Shown here: positions 1-13,240 of the stretch, piece by piece | Layout: the number at the start of each line of letters is the position of its first letter | Position numbering within the stretch: the first letter of the stretch is position 1 | Source: Vicugna vicugna | Taxonomy: Eukaryota | DNA length: 64,000 bases | Assembly (NCBI GenBank): GCA_013265495.1 | Contig: MU058205.1 | Location: forward strand, 136,312-200,311 | Direction of reading: 5' to 3' | Translations under genes and position numbers: made by a program | Notes under the pieces: model-generated | Told to the model about the DNA's origin: nothing | The model's input: only the letters and a program-made list of their open reading frames with translations | Databases searched by the model: none

Positions 1-659
1 TCAGAAAAGTAGCCAGTGGCCAGAGCAAGAAAAGCCCTGTTATCTGTTACTCAGGGCTTTTTTCCCATAGTTGCTAATGAACGACTTACTACGGCTTTAT
101 AGGCAATAAAAGCAAATAAATCACTGTAACAAAGCTTTGTAGCATCGATGCAGAAAACCCAAGTGCATTTTCCTAGACTTCTCCGAGGCAGCCATTCTCC
201 TACCTTGAGTTCTCCAAGGCATCAAGCATTAAAAAGGAAAGAGGAAGAAAAATAAAATGAAAAGGAAGAGGAATGTATTCACCAAGATCTTAACTGAATT
301 GGCGACATGGTAAGACCAGGAGGTAGCGGGAGCTTGCTCCAGATGGCAGAAATGCTCTCTATTAATTAATCATCACTGTAGTTAATTAAACTTTTGGATG
401 AACATAATGAAAGAACATTTGAAAGTCTCAGCTGAAAGGTTAGTTAAGGCTAACCTCCGCTGAGAGAGTTGGCTTTGTTCCATACAAGGAGCTATAGTTA
501 TAGCTGGAGAAAGTGCTAGGATGCTTTTCAGCTTTCATGGTGATTGATTGCTATTTTGGGGAAACCGACAAAGAGAAATAACGTCACCAGACAAAGCTCC
601 TGCTTTGTTTCTCAATTACAAGCATGTCCTCTAGAAATTCATACAAGGAGAATTACAGT

Positions 660-1340
660 CAGTAAACAAATATACGGAGAGATTCTCAACCTCACTTCTA
701 ACCAAAGCCATTAGAACTGAAATATCAGGAAAGAATCACTTTATGCCCATTCACTCAGTGGGGCACTCGAACAGAATGACTTAACGCAGGCTTTTACTTT
801 TTATTCTGCACGCTAGTGGGATCTTTGCCACACTTAGTTGCACTTATTTACATTCAAAATAATATAGGCTCACTAAATTATCTAATTGTACAATATTGAA
901 ACCAGACAATAACCAATTCCTGATCTAATATACTCATATGATTGGCATGCATAAGAGCTTTCATGGTACAAATACCTCTAAAACTGCCCAAAACATGGGG
1001 ATAGCAAGAGTTAGCAAGACTGGTGGTTGTACATATTAGAAAGTATTTATTCAGCAAAGTTATGATGGCCAAATTCTGTATATCAGACATTTAAAAAAAA
1101 GCACTAATTTTGAGAATAACTAGTGATCTCCTTTCACTAGTAATACTGCTTTCAGAAATATCCTAGGAAATAATCTTCACTCCCACTCTACTCCAAAGAA
1201 AATCCTGCACTAAGTGTATACATAAACAAAAATGGTTATTTCAGCATCGTTATTTATAAATAACTGGAAAACTCAAAGTCACATAACTGCCCAATGATAT
1301 AAAAATGTGTATTCAATTATCACATTATAGTTCATCTACT
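660..1340 (+). mobile_element. Ancient L1 (L1ME-like) ORF2 3' end/3' UTR remnant
   Basis: Degenerate L1-like phrases (gattctcaacctcact; tttatgcccattcact; atttcagcatcgttatttataaataactggaaaac). Boundaries approximate. Confidence 0.5.
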
Positions 1341-1345
1341 GCATT

Positions 1346-1670
1346 TGTCAGATAGAACAGGTTATGGTCCAAATAACAAACAACTCCAGAAACTGCAGTC
1401 GTCTAAGACACCAAAGGCTTGTCTCTTGCCTATTTACTGCCCAATGTAAGTTGAACAACTCACCAGAAAATCTCTCCTCCATGCAGTGATGTGGGGACCC
1501 AGACCACTGCACAATGTGAGGCACTGTCTCATCCCATGGCTTGCAGGAAGGGGAGGAGAGAAAACATGAAAAACTCACAACATCTTTTAAATAGTCTGAC
1601 CAGAAGTGATGTATCACTTCTGCTCACTATGTTTTTGCCCATTGTCCGACTGAGTTGTTTGTTTCCTACT
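1346..1670. mobile_element. Old MaLR LTR (MLT1J/K/L-like)
   Basis: MLT1-type motifs: taacaaacaactccagaaac, ggggacccagacc, gaagtgatgtatcacttctgctcac. Confidence 0.55.
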
Positions 1671-1689
1671 GTGTTTTAAGAGTTTTAAA

Positions 1690-1860
1690 AAATACATTCT
1701 AAAAAAATATGAAAATGGATATATGCATGTATTTGCGTGACTGGGACATTGTGCTGTGCCCCAGAAATTGACACACTGTAATTGACTGTACTGCAATTAA
1801 AAAATATATATACACTTGTATATAAAATAAATAAATAAATAAATATAAATATATATATAT
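1690..1860 (+). mobile_element. Lineage-specific L1 3' terminus with A/AT-rich tail
   Basis: acattgtgctgtgccccagaaattgacacactgtaattgactgtactgcaattaaaaaa matches the L1 tails at 16913-17332, 42211-42712 and 54162-54773. Confidence 0.75.
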
Positions 1861-3069
1861 ACTAGATACTCGTTCTTTGTCAGACAGATGGTTTAAAAAT
1901 AGTGTTTTCCACTCTGTTGCTGGCTTTTCATCCTCTGAACAGGAGAGTGAAAGTTTTAAATTTGATGAAATCTGATTCACCAATTGTTCCTTTTATAGAT
2001 CGTGTTTTTGATGTAAATTCTAAGGATTGTTTGCTTCTCTCTAGTTCTCAAAGAAGTTCTCTTACATTTTTTTCTAAAAGCTTTATAGCTTAGTGTTTCT
2101 CATGTAAGTCTATGCCCTGTTTTGAATTAATTTTTGAATAAGGCGTGAGACATAGGCTGAGGTTCTTTTATTGACCCATGGATGTTCAATTGCCCAGAAC
2201 CATTTGCTTAGAAATTTATCATTCTTCCATTGAATTGCTTTTGTGCTTTTGTCAAAATCAGGTGAGCATATTTTTGTGGGTCTATATCTGAGTTTTCTCT
2301 TCTGTTCCATTTGTGCACATGTCTACTCCTCTACTGCTCCTTCACAGTTGTGAAATTGGGAGAACTGATTCCTCCCACTTTATTCATTTTCAAAATTATT
2401 TAGCTATTCTAGTTTCTGTGCATTTCCATATAAATTTTAGAACAATTTTGTCTATAGCTACAAAAAATCTTGGTGAGATTTTTCATAGCAATTGTGCTAA
2501 ACCCTTATATCAATTTGAGGAGCCCACACATTTTTACTATGATGAGTCTTCCAATCTGTGAACATGGTATATCTCTCTTTATTTAGTTTTTAAATTTCTT
2601 TCATCAGCTTTTTGCAGTTCCCAGTATACAAGTCCTACATATATTTTGTTAGATTTTCACCTGTGTTTCATTTTTGAGTGATTATAAATGATACTGTATT
2701 TTTAATTTCAGTCTCAAACTCTACAAGTTTGATCTTGTATCCTGTGACTTTGCTGAACTCACTTGTTCTAGAAGTTTTTTTTTCAGGTTCCTTGGGATTT
2801 TCTATATAAATAATGACCTCCCTTGCAGCTAGACACTATTTTCTTTCTTTCTTTTTGAACAATATGCCTTCTTTCCTCTGCTTAGCTTAATGCACTGGCT
2901 GGAACTTCCAGTACTATATTAAATAGGGGAGCTGGGTGTGTATATCTCTGCTTTATTCCCAGTTTTAGAGGGAAATCATTCATTCTTTCACTTAAATGTT
3001 AGCTCTAGGGTTTTTATAGGTTCTTTTTATCAAGTTGAGGAAGTGCTCTCTATTCCTATTTTCCTGGGA

Positions 3070-3310
3070 AGCGGTGCTGGTGCTGAATTCCTGAATTTCT
3101 GACCAACTGGCTACAAATTCAGGGGTTCCACCAACCTCAGGGTGATAATTCACTAGAACCACTCACAGAACTCAGGAAAGCTCTACACTCACTGTCCAGG
3201 GACCACAATGAATAATGAAGATGCTCTTGTCACCGGGCAATTCCAAAGTTTTAGAAGCTTCTTCCCAGGCACCAAGGACAAAGACCAGGCACATTCTTCA
3301 TTATATGACA
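3070..3310 (-). mobile_element. MER21-like LTR fragment inside the L1
   Basis: ttctgaccaactggctacaaattcaggggttcc...ataattcactagaaccactcacagaactcaggaaag...ccaaggacaaagaccag follows the MER21 pattern. Confidence 0.65.
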
Positions 3311-5839
3311 TCATGTGATTTTATTCTTAGCTAGTTAGCATGATTGTGTTAATATTGATTATTTTTTGAATACTGAAATATCCTTGCATTCCCTAGAATA
3401 AAGACCACTAGTTATATATAGTTTTTAAATATATTGCTAAGTTCCATTTGCTCATATTTGTTAAGGATTTTTGTTTCTATATTCATGAGGCATATTGGTT
3501 TGTAGTTTTCTTTTTTTGTACTGTCTTTGCCTGATTTTGAAATCAGGGTAATACCAGCATCATAAAATCAGTTAAGAAGTGCTCCTTCTTCTTCTATTTT
3601 CTGGAAGTGATTGTGTAAAACTGATGTTAATTTTCTATAAATCTTTAGCATAAACCTTTACAGAAACCATCTGTACCTAGAGAGTTCTTCTTTGGGAGGT
3701 TTTAAATTATGAATTCAAATTCTATAATATTTATAGGGCCACTCAAATGATCTGTTTCATAGTGGATGAGTTGTATCTCATCCAATGAGTAGTTTGTATC
3801 TTTTGAGTAGTTAGTCCATTTCAGTAAGTTGTCAACTTCATGTGTGAAGAATTGTTCATAATATTCCCTTACTATATTTTTCGTTGTCTACAGGGTCTGT
3901 AGTGTTAGCCCCTGTTTTCTTCTTAAGATTAGAAATGTGTGTCTTCTTTTTTTTCCTTGTCAGTTTTGCTTGAGGTTTGTCAATTTTATTACTTTTTTCC
4001 CAAAGAACTAGCTCTTTATTTATTTTCTCTATTATTTTTCTGTTTTCAGTTTCATTGATTTCTGCTCTTTGCTGTTTTCCTTTTCAGTTGGCTTTGGGTT
4101 TATTTTGCTCTTCTGTTTCTAGTTTTTTAAGATAGGAGCTTAGGTGATTAACTTGAGGCTTTTCCTGTTTTCTAACGTATCCACTTACTGCTATAAATTT
4201 CCCTCTTGGCTTCGCTCTAGCTGTGTCTCACAAATTTTGATGTGCTGTAATTTCATTCTAATTCAGTTCAATGAATTAAAAAAATTCCTTGAGACTTTCT
4301 CTTTGAACTATAGATTATCTAGAAGAGTGTTGTTTCATTTCCATGTGTTTGGTGATTTTCTTGTTATCTTTCCGTTTCTAGTTTGATTCCACTGTGGTAG
4401 GAAAATACACTGTATAACTGAAATTCTTTTAAGTTTTTTAAGGCTTGTCTTATGGCTCAGGTTATAGCCTATCTTGGTATATGTTCCAAGAGCATCCGAG
4501 AAGAATATATTCTGATGCTGTTGGATGGGGTGTACTATAAATGTCAATTAGAGCCCTTTGATTGATGGTGTGGTTGAGTCCTTCTATATCCTTGCTGATT
4601 TTCCAGCAAATTGTTCTATCAGTTGTTAAGAGAGAGAGTCTTAAAGTCATCAGCTGTAATTGTGGATTTTTCTAGTTCTCTTTTCATCTTTACCAGTTTT
4701 TGCTTCATATATTTTGCAGCTTTGCTGTTTAGATACATGTACATTTAGGACCACTATGTCTTCTGGGTGGATTGACCTTTTTCATTATTGTATAATGGTC
4801 CTCTCTGTCACTGGCAATTTTATTTGCTCTGTGGTCTGCTTTATCTGATATTAATATACACTCCTGCTTTGCTTTGATTAATTGTTGGTTATCTTTTTTC
4901 AATCTTTGACTTTCAATGAAACCATATAGTTATTGTAGAAGTGAATTTCTTGTAGGCAGCCTACACTGGGTCATTTTAAAAAATCTACACAGTGAAGTCT
5001 GACTTTTAATGGTTGTATTTAGACCATTTGCATTTGATGTAATTATCGATGTGTAAGGACTTAAGTCTGCCATTTTATTTTTTATTTTAACTGTTAAACA
5101 TTATTTAGAAAACTCAAGAGGAGAAGAAGGTCTACTGGATTTACCCGTAGTTTTGCTTACTAAGTTCTTTCTTCCTTCCTAATGTTCCATGGTTTCTTCT
5201 TTTATTGTTTTTTGGTTTGTTTTTCTGTTTAGAGAACTTTCTTTAGCCATCCTTTTGGGGTACGTTTGCTGATGACAAATTCCCTTAGTTTTTCCTTTAT
5301 CTGAGAATGTCTTAACTTCTCCTTCAATTATGAAGGTTGTTTTTGCTGGGTTTAAGATTCTAGCTTGGTAGCCTTTCCTTTCAGCATTTGGGGAAAAAAA
5401 TTGTGCCACTTCCTTCTGTCCTCCTTGGTTTCTGATTAAGCGTTTGCTGTCATTTGTTATTCTTTAGATTTCAGAAGTTTAATTATGATGTGTCTTGGTA
5501 TGAATTTCTTTGGATTTATCTAGCCTGGAGTCTGCTCAGCTTTCATCTTTTGCTTTTTGGGGTAACTTTTCAGCCCTTCCCTCTTTCTCCTTTCTTTCCA
5601 GGACCCTAATGACATGAATATTATTTTGTTAGAATCCCACAGGTCCCTGAGGGTCTATTTTTCCCCCAGTCTATTTTCTGTGCTGTAAAGATTGAGTATG
5701 TTGTATTATTACTCTGTCTTTCAGTTCACTAATTCTTTCCTCTTTCCCATTCTGCTCTGAGCCTGTCCACTGAGCTTTCTGTTTGTTTATTGTATTTTCA
5801 GTTTTAAAGTTTCTATTTGGTCCTCCTCCTTCTTCTTCT

Positions 5840-5865
5840 TGTGTGTGTGTGTGTGTGTGTGTGTG
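5840..5865. repeat. (TG)n microsatellite
   Basis: Direct read. Confidence 0.95.
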
Positions 5866-5869
5866 TTTT

Positions 5870-5908
5870 GTAGGGGTGAGGAAATTAGGGTTAGCTATAC
5901 CCTCCCTC
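5870..5908 (-). mobile_element. Internally deleted Vic-1-like SINE remnant
   Basis: gaggaaattaggg (tail end) joined to agctataccctccc (head). The middle is missing compared with the full copies in this window. Confidence 0.45.
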
Positions 5909-7479
5909 CTGGTTCTTCTCTATATCTTTTGTTGCTGAAATTTTTTCCTTTAGATTTGTTTCCAAAAAGTTCGTGATTGCTTGATGACGCATTACAGTTT
6001 TTTTTTAACTGTGACAAAATACATATAACATAAAACTTACCATCTGAACCATTTTAACGTGTATAGTCAGTGGCAGTAAGCACATGCAGTTTGTCATGCA
6101 TAACTGAAGCGCCTTATCACAGTTGCTTTAAAATCTTTGCCAGATCCTTCTAACACTTCTCTCATCTCAGTGTTGGACTTACTTTTTCATCCCATTCATT
6201 TTGGGATCTTCCTGGTTCTTGGTATGTGAGTGATTTTCAATGGAAACCAACATATTTTCTTATTCTGTTTTGCAACTGTGGCTCTTATTTAAACGTTCTA
6301 TTTTAACTGGCTTTCTCGGACACTGCTCTGGCAGAGGAAGGGGTTCCTGCCTCAGTACTGCCAGGTAGAGATGGAAGCTTTAGTCTCCCCATGCGGTCTC
6401 CACTGGCACAGTAGGGAACAAGGCCTCATACCAGCCACTGGGGATGAGAGACCCAGCTCCTTACTGGTCTTCTCTGACAGCACCCCGCAGGGATGTTGGG
6501 CATTTTGTTATATCGTAGCAAGGACAGAAACCCAGGCTCCCCACTCAGCCTTTGCTGGTGTGGGTGGGAGTGAGGTCACATTTTTTTCTGTGGTGTTGAC
6601 TAGGGTAGAGCAGTTATTGTCTAAAAGTTTTCTGTCTTTCTGGGCCACCCTTCCTGGCCCTTTGGCTCAAGAGAATGGGCTTCTGTTGGGACTTTTTTGG
6701 GCCTGTGCCCACTGTCGCATCTGAGCTGCCAGCTTCTCAGCTCCAGTTATGGGCTGTAGAAGGCGAACAAAGCAAAACCAGTAAACAAGCCCAGAGAACT
6801 TACCCCCCTGCCATTTGCTAGGTCCTGAGGCCCCTGCCGTCTTCTCTCTACCATTTGGAGTCTTCTGGGGTCTGCTTTACAAATCCTGTCTGGGACTTTT
6901 GGTTGTGCTTAGCAGGAGTGAGAGTGTGATGGAGGTCTGCTTCGTGTTTCTAGGCTGACTGCTTACTGTTAACCATCTGCTCTGCTTAGCTTCAGATTTT
7001 GAGAAATTTCTTGAGGGAAAGCCTGGCAGAGTGACAGGTCCCCTTCTCTGCTGTTTCAGTCTCACTGAAATAACTGACCCCTCAAGTAATGCATTAAAAG
7101 TTCCTGAGCTCTGCTGATCGTCTGCCCAGGCAGAGCCCAGGGTCTCAGACTTGACCTGTCCTTAGACTCAGCAAGGACCCCAAAGGGTTAACATAGCTGC
7201 ACACAGCTGGACCACTGATCCATCTTTCTTCCCTCTCTGGAATCTTGGACCCTCCAGTCCTCTTCGCTTCAATGGCTCTCTGATGCAAGGAAAATGATTA
7301 AAAAAATTTAATCCAGCTTTTAAAGTTATTTTTGGCAGGAACATTAATCTGCCATGAGGTACTCACTTGTAACTGAAAGTGGAAGTCTGTTTCTTAGAAT
7401 TCATGTGATAGTATCGTACGTGAATGGCTTTACGTCAAAACCTTTTCCACTGACTGACATACTCCAAGTAGTAAAGGGA

Positions 7480-7720
7480 CAGTGTCTCAGAGAGTGGCTG
7501 AAAGTGTGGGCTCCTCCATTGGAGGGCCTGGTTTTGCACACTCTCCCACTTACTAAACTTGACAATTGTTTAGACTTCTTAAGCCTTGGTTTCCTCATCT
7601 GCAAAGTGAGGACGATAAAAATATCCGCCTTAAATTGTCGTCATAAGGATGAGATAATGCAGGTAAAGGCCTTGGGCTGCTCCCTAACACGTGATAAATG
7701 AGGACAAAATTGTTAGCTCT
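7480..7720 (+). mobile_element. MIR SINE
   Basis: MIR core: cttggtttcctcatctgcaaagtgaggacgataa...aaggatgagataatgcaggtaaagg. Confidence 0.7.
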
Positions 7721-8529
7721 TATTTACTGTCATTGCTTAAAGTGATAGATTTAGATAGGTCGTCAGTCAATAAACTTTTATTTATTCCACAAATACATGA
7801 GTTGGCTAGCTATTTACTTATTTGTGACTCATATTTGTGATTTTTATTTGGACAAGGAAAATACTCTCCTTATCCCAGAGCTGAAAGACGGTCCATCCTC
7901 CGGTCAGCGTAAGCAGAGGCTAGGACAGGATGCTATCCTGCAGATAGGATGTTGTAGATACGCAGAGTGGGCCAAATATCACTTGTTATTCTATGCACCA
8001 AGTATCATACTATGCGGAGGGACTACTTCAAAAACTTTTAAATAGAATGGAAAAGATAGGAGGAGCTGAATGGGTCAGAAGAGCCACAGAACTGCTGTGC
8101 GTGACTGCAGTGGACAGTATTTGGACACAGATAACAGGAAAGAGGGAGAGAATGGGGATTTCATCTGAAAGTTCTTGTAGTTCTCTGGATTGTGTCTGTG
8201 ACTTTTATAGCTTTGTTCATAGAAAACAGATAAATGATAAAAGGGTAGGTCCCAACTTGGGAAAGAACCATAAAGTTAACAAAAAGCAGAGTCTTTCCAT
8301 TTCTGTTTTGCTTCCATCTTCTCCATCCATGAGAATGATCTTGAAAACAGGGAAGAGCAGAAGGATGATTAAGAGTTAAAATTAAGTCTCAGGAAAGGCA
8401 GAAATCCACCAAGGCATCATTAACTTCACCGTGTGAATGTAGGATCAACCACATGAGAGGCAAGGATTTATACTTTCAAAATCAGTGTCTGGAAACTTTA
8501 AAAAACCATAGATCATGGGGAAGTAAGAG

Positions 8530-8680
8530 AGGATAATGGTTAGGAGCTTGGTTTGGATATGAGGTGGCCCTGGAAGTCCTAGCTCTGTCACTTATTAGCT
8601 AAGTAATGCTGGCAAAGGAAACTTCCTCTGGGCTTTATTTCTTCATCTCTAAAATGGGGAGAGTCTAGGAATTCATAATG
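8530..8680 (+). mobile_element. MIR SINE
   Basis: cctagctctgtcacttattagct...tttcttcatctctaaaatggg. Confidence 0.7.
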
Positions 8681-9029
8681 ATCATCAAAAGAGAGAGTGA
8701 CAGAGAAGTCCTCCATTTTCACCCTCTGTGGCAGCAAAGAATCAACTTCTCCATAAGTCATTAAAGCAGCATGGTGGTTCATCTTGCCTGTCATGTTGGC
8801 CAAATAGCATCAGCTGATAAAGGAAAGCTTTACTTTAAGGAAGAGCACTAGGCAATAAACGTAGAAGGAATGACAGAATTAGAAAATCATCGACTGGAAA
8901 TTTCTAATGAAATTATTATCCAGTAGTGCCCAGGAGGAAAAAGTCAGATTGAAATAAATCAATTACCTTGGCATTAATTTCCTTCTAAACTCCAAGCTCT
9001 GCTATGAGAACAGAGTTCTTAATTTTAAG

Positions 9030-9260
9030 GGATGTTGGAAAATGAAGGTGTCCAGAGCAGGCAAACAAAGTGGTGACAATTCTACACGTGAAATCGTTGC
9101 TGAAGGTGGAGCTGGTTTGGAGAAAAGAGGCTGAATGTCTTCAGCTCCGCTGGGGTTTCTCATGCGGCTGACAGAGGAAGTTCACTGCTGGGTGGCTTTG
9201 GAAGGCAGGATCAAGGGCCAGATGAGAGATGTTCTAGGGGGTCAGAAAGTTAGAGTTGAA
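9030..9260 (+). mobile_element. L3/CR1 LINE remnant
   Basis: gtgtccagagcagg...tggagaaaagaggctga...gtcttcag...gaaggcaggatcaagggccagatg resembles the CR1/L3 3' region. Confidence 0.45.
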
Positions 9261-10604
9261 GAAGAGAGAGCTAGGGGTGGAGGGAAAAGGAGGAGACTGA
9301 ATCACCAATACCAAGACTGTGTCCCCAGGTGAGGAGGCGGGGCCCTGACAGAGCCAGGCCAGGGCCCCCTGGGCTGCGGTTCTGTGGGTCTTGCCTGATC
9401 TTTGGACACTTGAGTTGGCTGTTTACCCCGACCAGTAGACTGTGGGCGGGCTGCTAGCTGGGCTCTGTGCTGAATTGTGTGGTTGGTCCCCATCCTGCCG
9501 CTGTGAGATCACATGGGCTTGTTGGCAAGGATGGCGGGGCTCTGTGCTCACACCAGACATGGTTTCCTCAACTTCAGTTGCTTCCAAGGTACAAGCTTCT
9601 TGGTCAAGGCACAGGCTATTTCCCAGGTAGATGGCTGAATAAATGCAGACTGAACCCAAAGAGCTGTGCAGTTTCTTCGTGGTTTTAAAAAACCAGAGGG
9701 CAGATGCACGTGATGAGCAATCACCCGATCTGGGCTCGGAAGCCTGTGAGTGGCGCACGCAGGTGGGATCACCCTCACGGGACCCAGGAGCTCAGAAGGC
9801 AGCCCGGGGAGAGGACCCGGCTGAAGGGCTCTGCTTGTCCAACCCTGTTGGCTGTGTGCGCAGACCTGGTTGGACAAGAAGCGTGTGCAGAACACCCATG
9901 TGCACGTACACATACACAGTGTGCTTTCAGTAAGATCCGTGTCTTAATCTCAGGATTTGCTCTGTTTTCCAAACAGAGAAACTTAAACCAAATTACTAGG
10001 CTGCAGAGGCGGGGCTGGGACTCCGCGTCTGCAGAACTTACCTGTGCCCTGCGCTGCTCTGTGTCCCCAGTTACTCTAGTTACTTTGCATCTTAATTCCT
10101 CCCTGGGCATCGGCGCTGTGTGTTTCTGCTGTGGGATTAGGCGAAGGCTCCGGGGGCAGACAGAGCTGCTGTCCAGGCGGCCACAGGAGCCGAGCCACAC
10201 ACGGGGACAGCCTGTGTCGCAGCTTCTCCAGCAGCAGTTAACTGGCCAAGGTCCCGATCACAAAGCCAGCAGGACCAGCCCCAAGGGCAGCCCAAACTGG
10301 CCTCAGGGAGCCCTCAGTGGGGCAACATGAACCCTGCTGCCCTCTGACGTCTTATGCTTGGTGCACCCAGGCTGGGGTTGGTTCTTAAAGCAGCACTGGG
10401 TGAAGGTTCCTGGGTCCTGCGCCCCTCCAGCCTGAGCCAGCTGACTCCGAGTCCCCTCCAGGGGCGCCTCTCTGCGAACATTCGGAAAAGAGCCTTTAGT
10501 CCAAGTGGCTTTGACCTTTGGTATCTTCAGGGCACACTTTATCTTTCCCCCTCTTCCTGACTCTAATCTTACTGTGCCACCAAGACTCTTTCTTGTTTTC
10601 TTGT

Positions 10605-10905
10605 TTTAATAAGCTTTTTATTTTAGAACAGTTTTAGTTTTTCAGAAAGGTTACGTAAATAGTCCGGAACCCCCACGTGTCCCCGACAGTTCACTGTTAC
10701 TAACATCTTACATCAGTGAAGGACTTAGGAATGTACTAACTGAAGTCCACGCTCCGTTCAGACTCCTCAGTTTTCATCCAGTGCTCTTGCCACGTCCCAG
10801 GAGGCCACCTGGGACACTGCACTGTGTTTAGCTCTCATGTCCCCTTAGTCGCCTTTTGGCTGTGACAGTTTCTCTGACATTTCTTGATTTTGATGACCTT
10901 GGCTT
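10605..10905 (-). mobile_element. L1MC-type 3' UTR fragment
   Basis: ttttattttagaacagttttag...ttactaacatcttacat...tgtgacagtttctc...gattttgatgaccttg. Confidence 0.7.
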
Positions 10906-11511
10906 CTTTTTAAATTGGGGTAAGAAACAATCATTAAGACCATTTTAAGGTTTGGTGCCAAAATGGCTGAAACAGCCTTAAAATATTGCCCAATGGCTAT
11001 GAGTTTTAGGATCACCTGGAGGACTTTGGACCCTTCCTTTGAGCCAGAGCTCAGACCACCATAGGTTTTGTGTATCAAGGTTACTTAGAACTGAGCCAGA
11101 TGAGAGGAATTTGGTGCCCCAGCTCAGCCCCTTCAGCGTTCCTCTGTTGAAAATGCCTCGTCTTTTCTTGTGTTTGTTTCATGGACGGTTCACCTTGATG
11201 GACCCATCGGAGAGGCATCATGGCTCCAAGGAGTCTCCCTCCTGCTTGCATTCCTGCCGCATTTATAACAACAGCTGGTGCCACGCGGCCCTGCGTAACT
11301 CAGGAGCTGAGTGTCCTTGAACTCTGCTTGTCTGGCTGCCCAACCAGACCAGGAGGTCCCTGACATCCATCATTATACCCTTTACAATAGTTTTATTTTT
11401 TTAGAGATTGGGCAGATAAGGAGGGAAGTTAAAATGACTTGGCCAAGGCTGCATGGAGGACCCACCCAAATCAAACACGGCAGCGATGATTAACATCCAT
11501 TTCCAGCTTCC

Positions 11512-11668
11512 CAGGGCGGGAGCTGAGGAGACATTCGCCTCCCATGCGAAATTTAAGGGGCCCCGGAGAGCTCAGTAGTCAAGAGGAATAATATTTTAAT
11601 GCAATATTTAAAAATGAATGCCAAAAATCCACAACGAGCCAAATATTAAACTTTTAGAGACAGGATGT
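11512..11668. mobile_element. MER96B-like hAT MITE fragment
   Basis: gcgaaatttaagggg...ctcagtagtcaagaggaataatattttaatgcaatatttaaaaa...aaaaatccac...agacaggat. Confidence 0.6.
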
Positions 11669-13240
11669 TGCTGTTAGTCCTCTGAGCTGCGTTCCTGTGC
11701 AGTGAAGCCGTGGTGGCTTCCAGTCAGCCCTGGGGTCCCAGGCCGGTGTGGCAACCCGCCCCCGCCCCCACCAGGTCATGGGTAAGGGTGACGGTGGCAA
11801 TGCCAGCTGTAGACGGGGTCCTGTTTTTGACTGTAGAGATTTACTTAACTCTTTGCCCTTGGTTTGAAATACGTGAGGATATTTCTGCAGGTGCACAGAA
11901 ACAGATATGTTTTTCTTTTTCCTTTTCCCTCGGCTCCTATATGATGCTCCGTGGCAGTGTAATTTACAAAGAACTTTAGCATAATCCTTTCATTTAATCA
12001 TCAAAAACACAAACAGGAAGCTCCTGAGTAGATGGTGTGATCTTCACTTTAGAGAAAAAGAAACCAGGCCTCAGATTACGTTCCTGAGCCAACAGTACGG
12101 AGCTGGCCAGTGGTGGAGCTGGGACTCGGTCGGTCCCTGACTCGGGCAGGTGGCCTTTGTGCACACAGCTCAGCCTCTGTTTCTCCTTCTCAGCTGCGCC
12201 CTCACGTCTGTCTCTGCCATTTCCACAGGGTGTGTGCCTGCTTGTGTGAGTGTGTGTGTGCACAGGGATACGCGTGTTTGCTTGTGTGAGCGTGTGGGTA
12301 CACGTGTGTGTGTTTGTTCAGAGTGTGAGAAGATGTGACACGGAGAACAGATACAGGAGGGCTGAGGACGCTGTGGCCAGACAGGCTTTCCGTCTAATGG
12401 GCTCTTCCTCGTGGGTCGTATCTGGAGAGCTGGCAGCAGTCTCGAGAGTGCAGAGAGGACTTCGTCTCCTCCTCCATCCTCAGGACCCATCTCCAGAGCC
12501 AGAGGCAGGGAACGGGCCCTCTTTGGCCTGCCTCCCCTCTCAGGTTTTAGGAAAAACACACAGGAACTTGGCAGGTGATGAAGAAGAAGTCGCTAACCCC
12601 ACGGTTATAAGAGTGAAAAAAATGCATGATTTGGGGAAAGCTCTGTTTGCCTTTTCCAAAGTGAGTGCCTCAAGGACTCCTGCAAATGTGCAAGCCAGCT
12701 TCTGGGGTGTGAGAACAGGAATAGGGTTTTTCTTGGGGTGCATCAGGAGTTCTTCCTCGTAAGGTAGACATTCTCTGAAATGCCCTGTGCTTCCCAAACC
12801 CAAGCCCAGCATCATAACCTGTGAGATCGTGAGTAGCCAGTCCCTCGATCCCGCTCTGAGGCGGGGAGGACCACACGCGAGCAGCCTTCCGCCGCCTTCC
12901 CCGGCTAAATATTGTTGTACCCTGCGTTCGTTTTGACGGGATTAGTCACGGAGTCCGTTAGGACATGAAAATCCCAGGACCCCTGTTGGCTGGACAATCT
13001 ATTAAAATATTGGGTTTTATTTTGCAGCTTGCAAGCTTCTGAAGTCCCAAGAGACGATCTTAAGCATACTGCCTCTTGGTCAGCCAGTTCCAGAACACGG
13101 CAGCCAGGCAGGGGAGAGCCGCTTCCTTGCCAGGGAGGCTCCTGAGTGTTTGAAGACACTCCTTTATGAAGGGAGGTGAGGCCACCTCGCCCTGCGACAG
13201 GCCCGGTGCATGCACTCACTGGGCGGCAGCTGTGTGTTTG

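Larger units (their letters stand above)
1865..6960 (-). mobile_element. Large degraded L1M element (ORF2, ORF1 and 5' region), interrupted by younger inserts
   Basis: Continuous T-rich antisense L1 text. Minus-strand ORF fragments resemble ORF2p (2110-2310 FDKSTKAIQWKNDKFLSKWFW; 4462-4650 KISKDIEGLNHTINQRALIDIYSTPHP, endonuclease region) and the ORF1p C-terminus (5179-5409 YQARILNPAKTTFIIEGEVKTFSDK). Confidence 0.85.

Noticed and set aside
9704..10330. Longest ORF (208 aa) and the other GC-rich ORFs (e.g. 18977-19510, 56247-56771)
   Set aside because: No recognisable domains, overlapping ORFs on both strands, composition typical of chance ORFs in GC-rich DNA, and many non-ATG starts.
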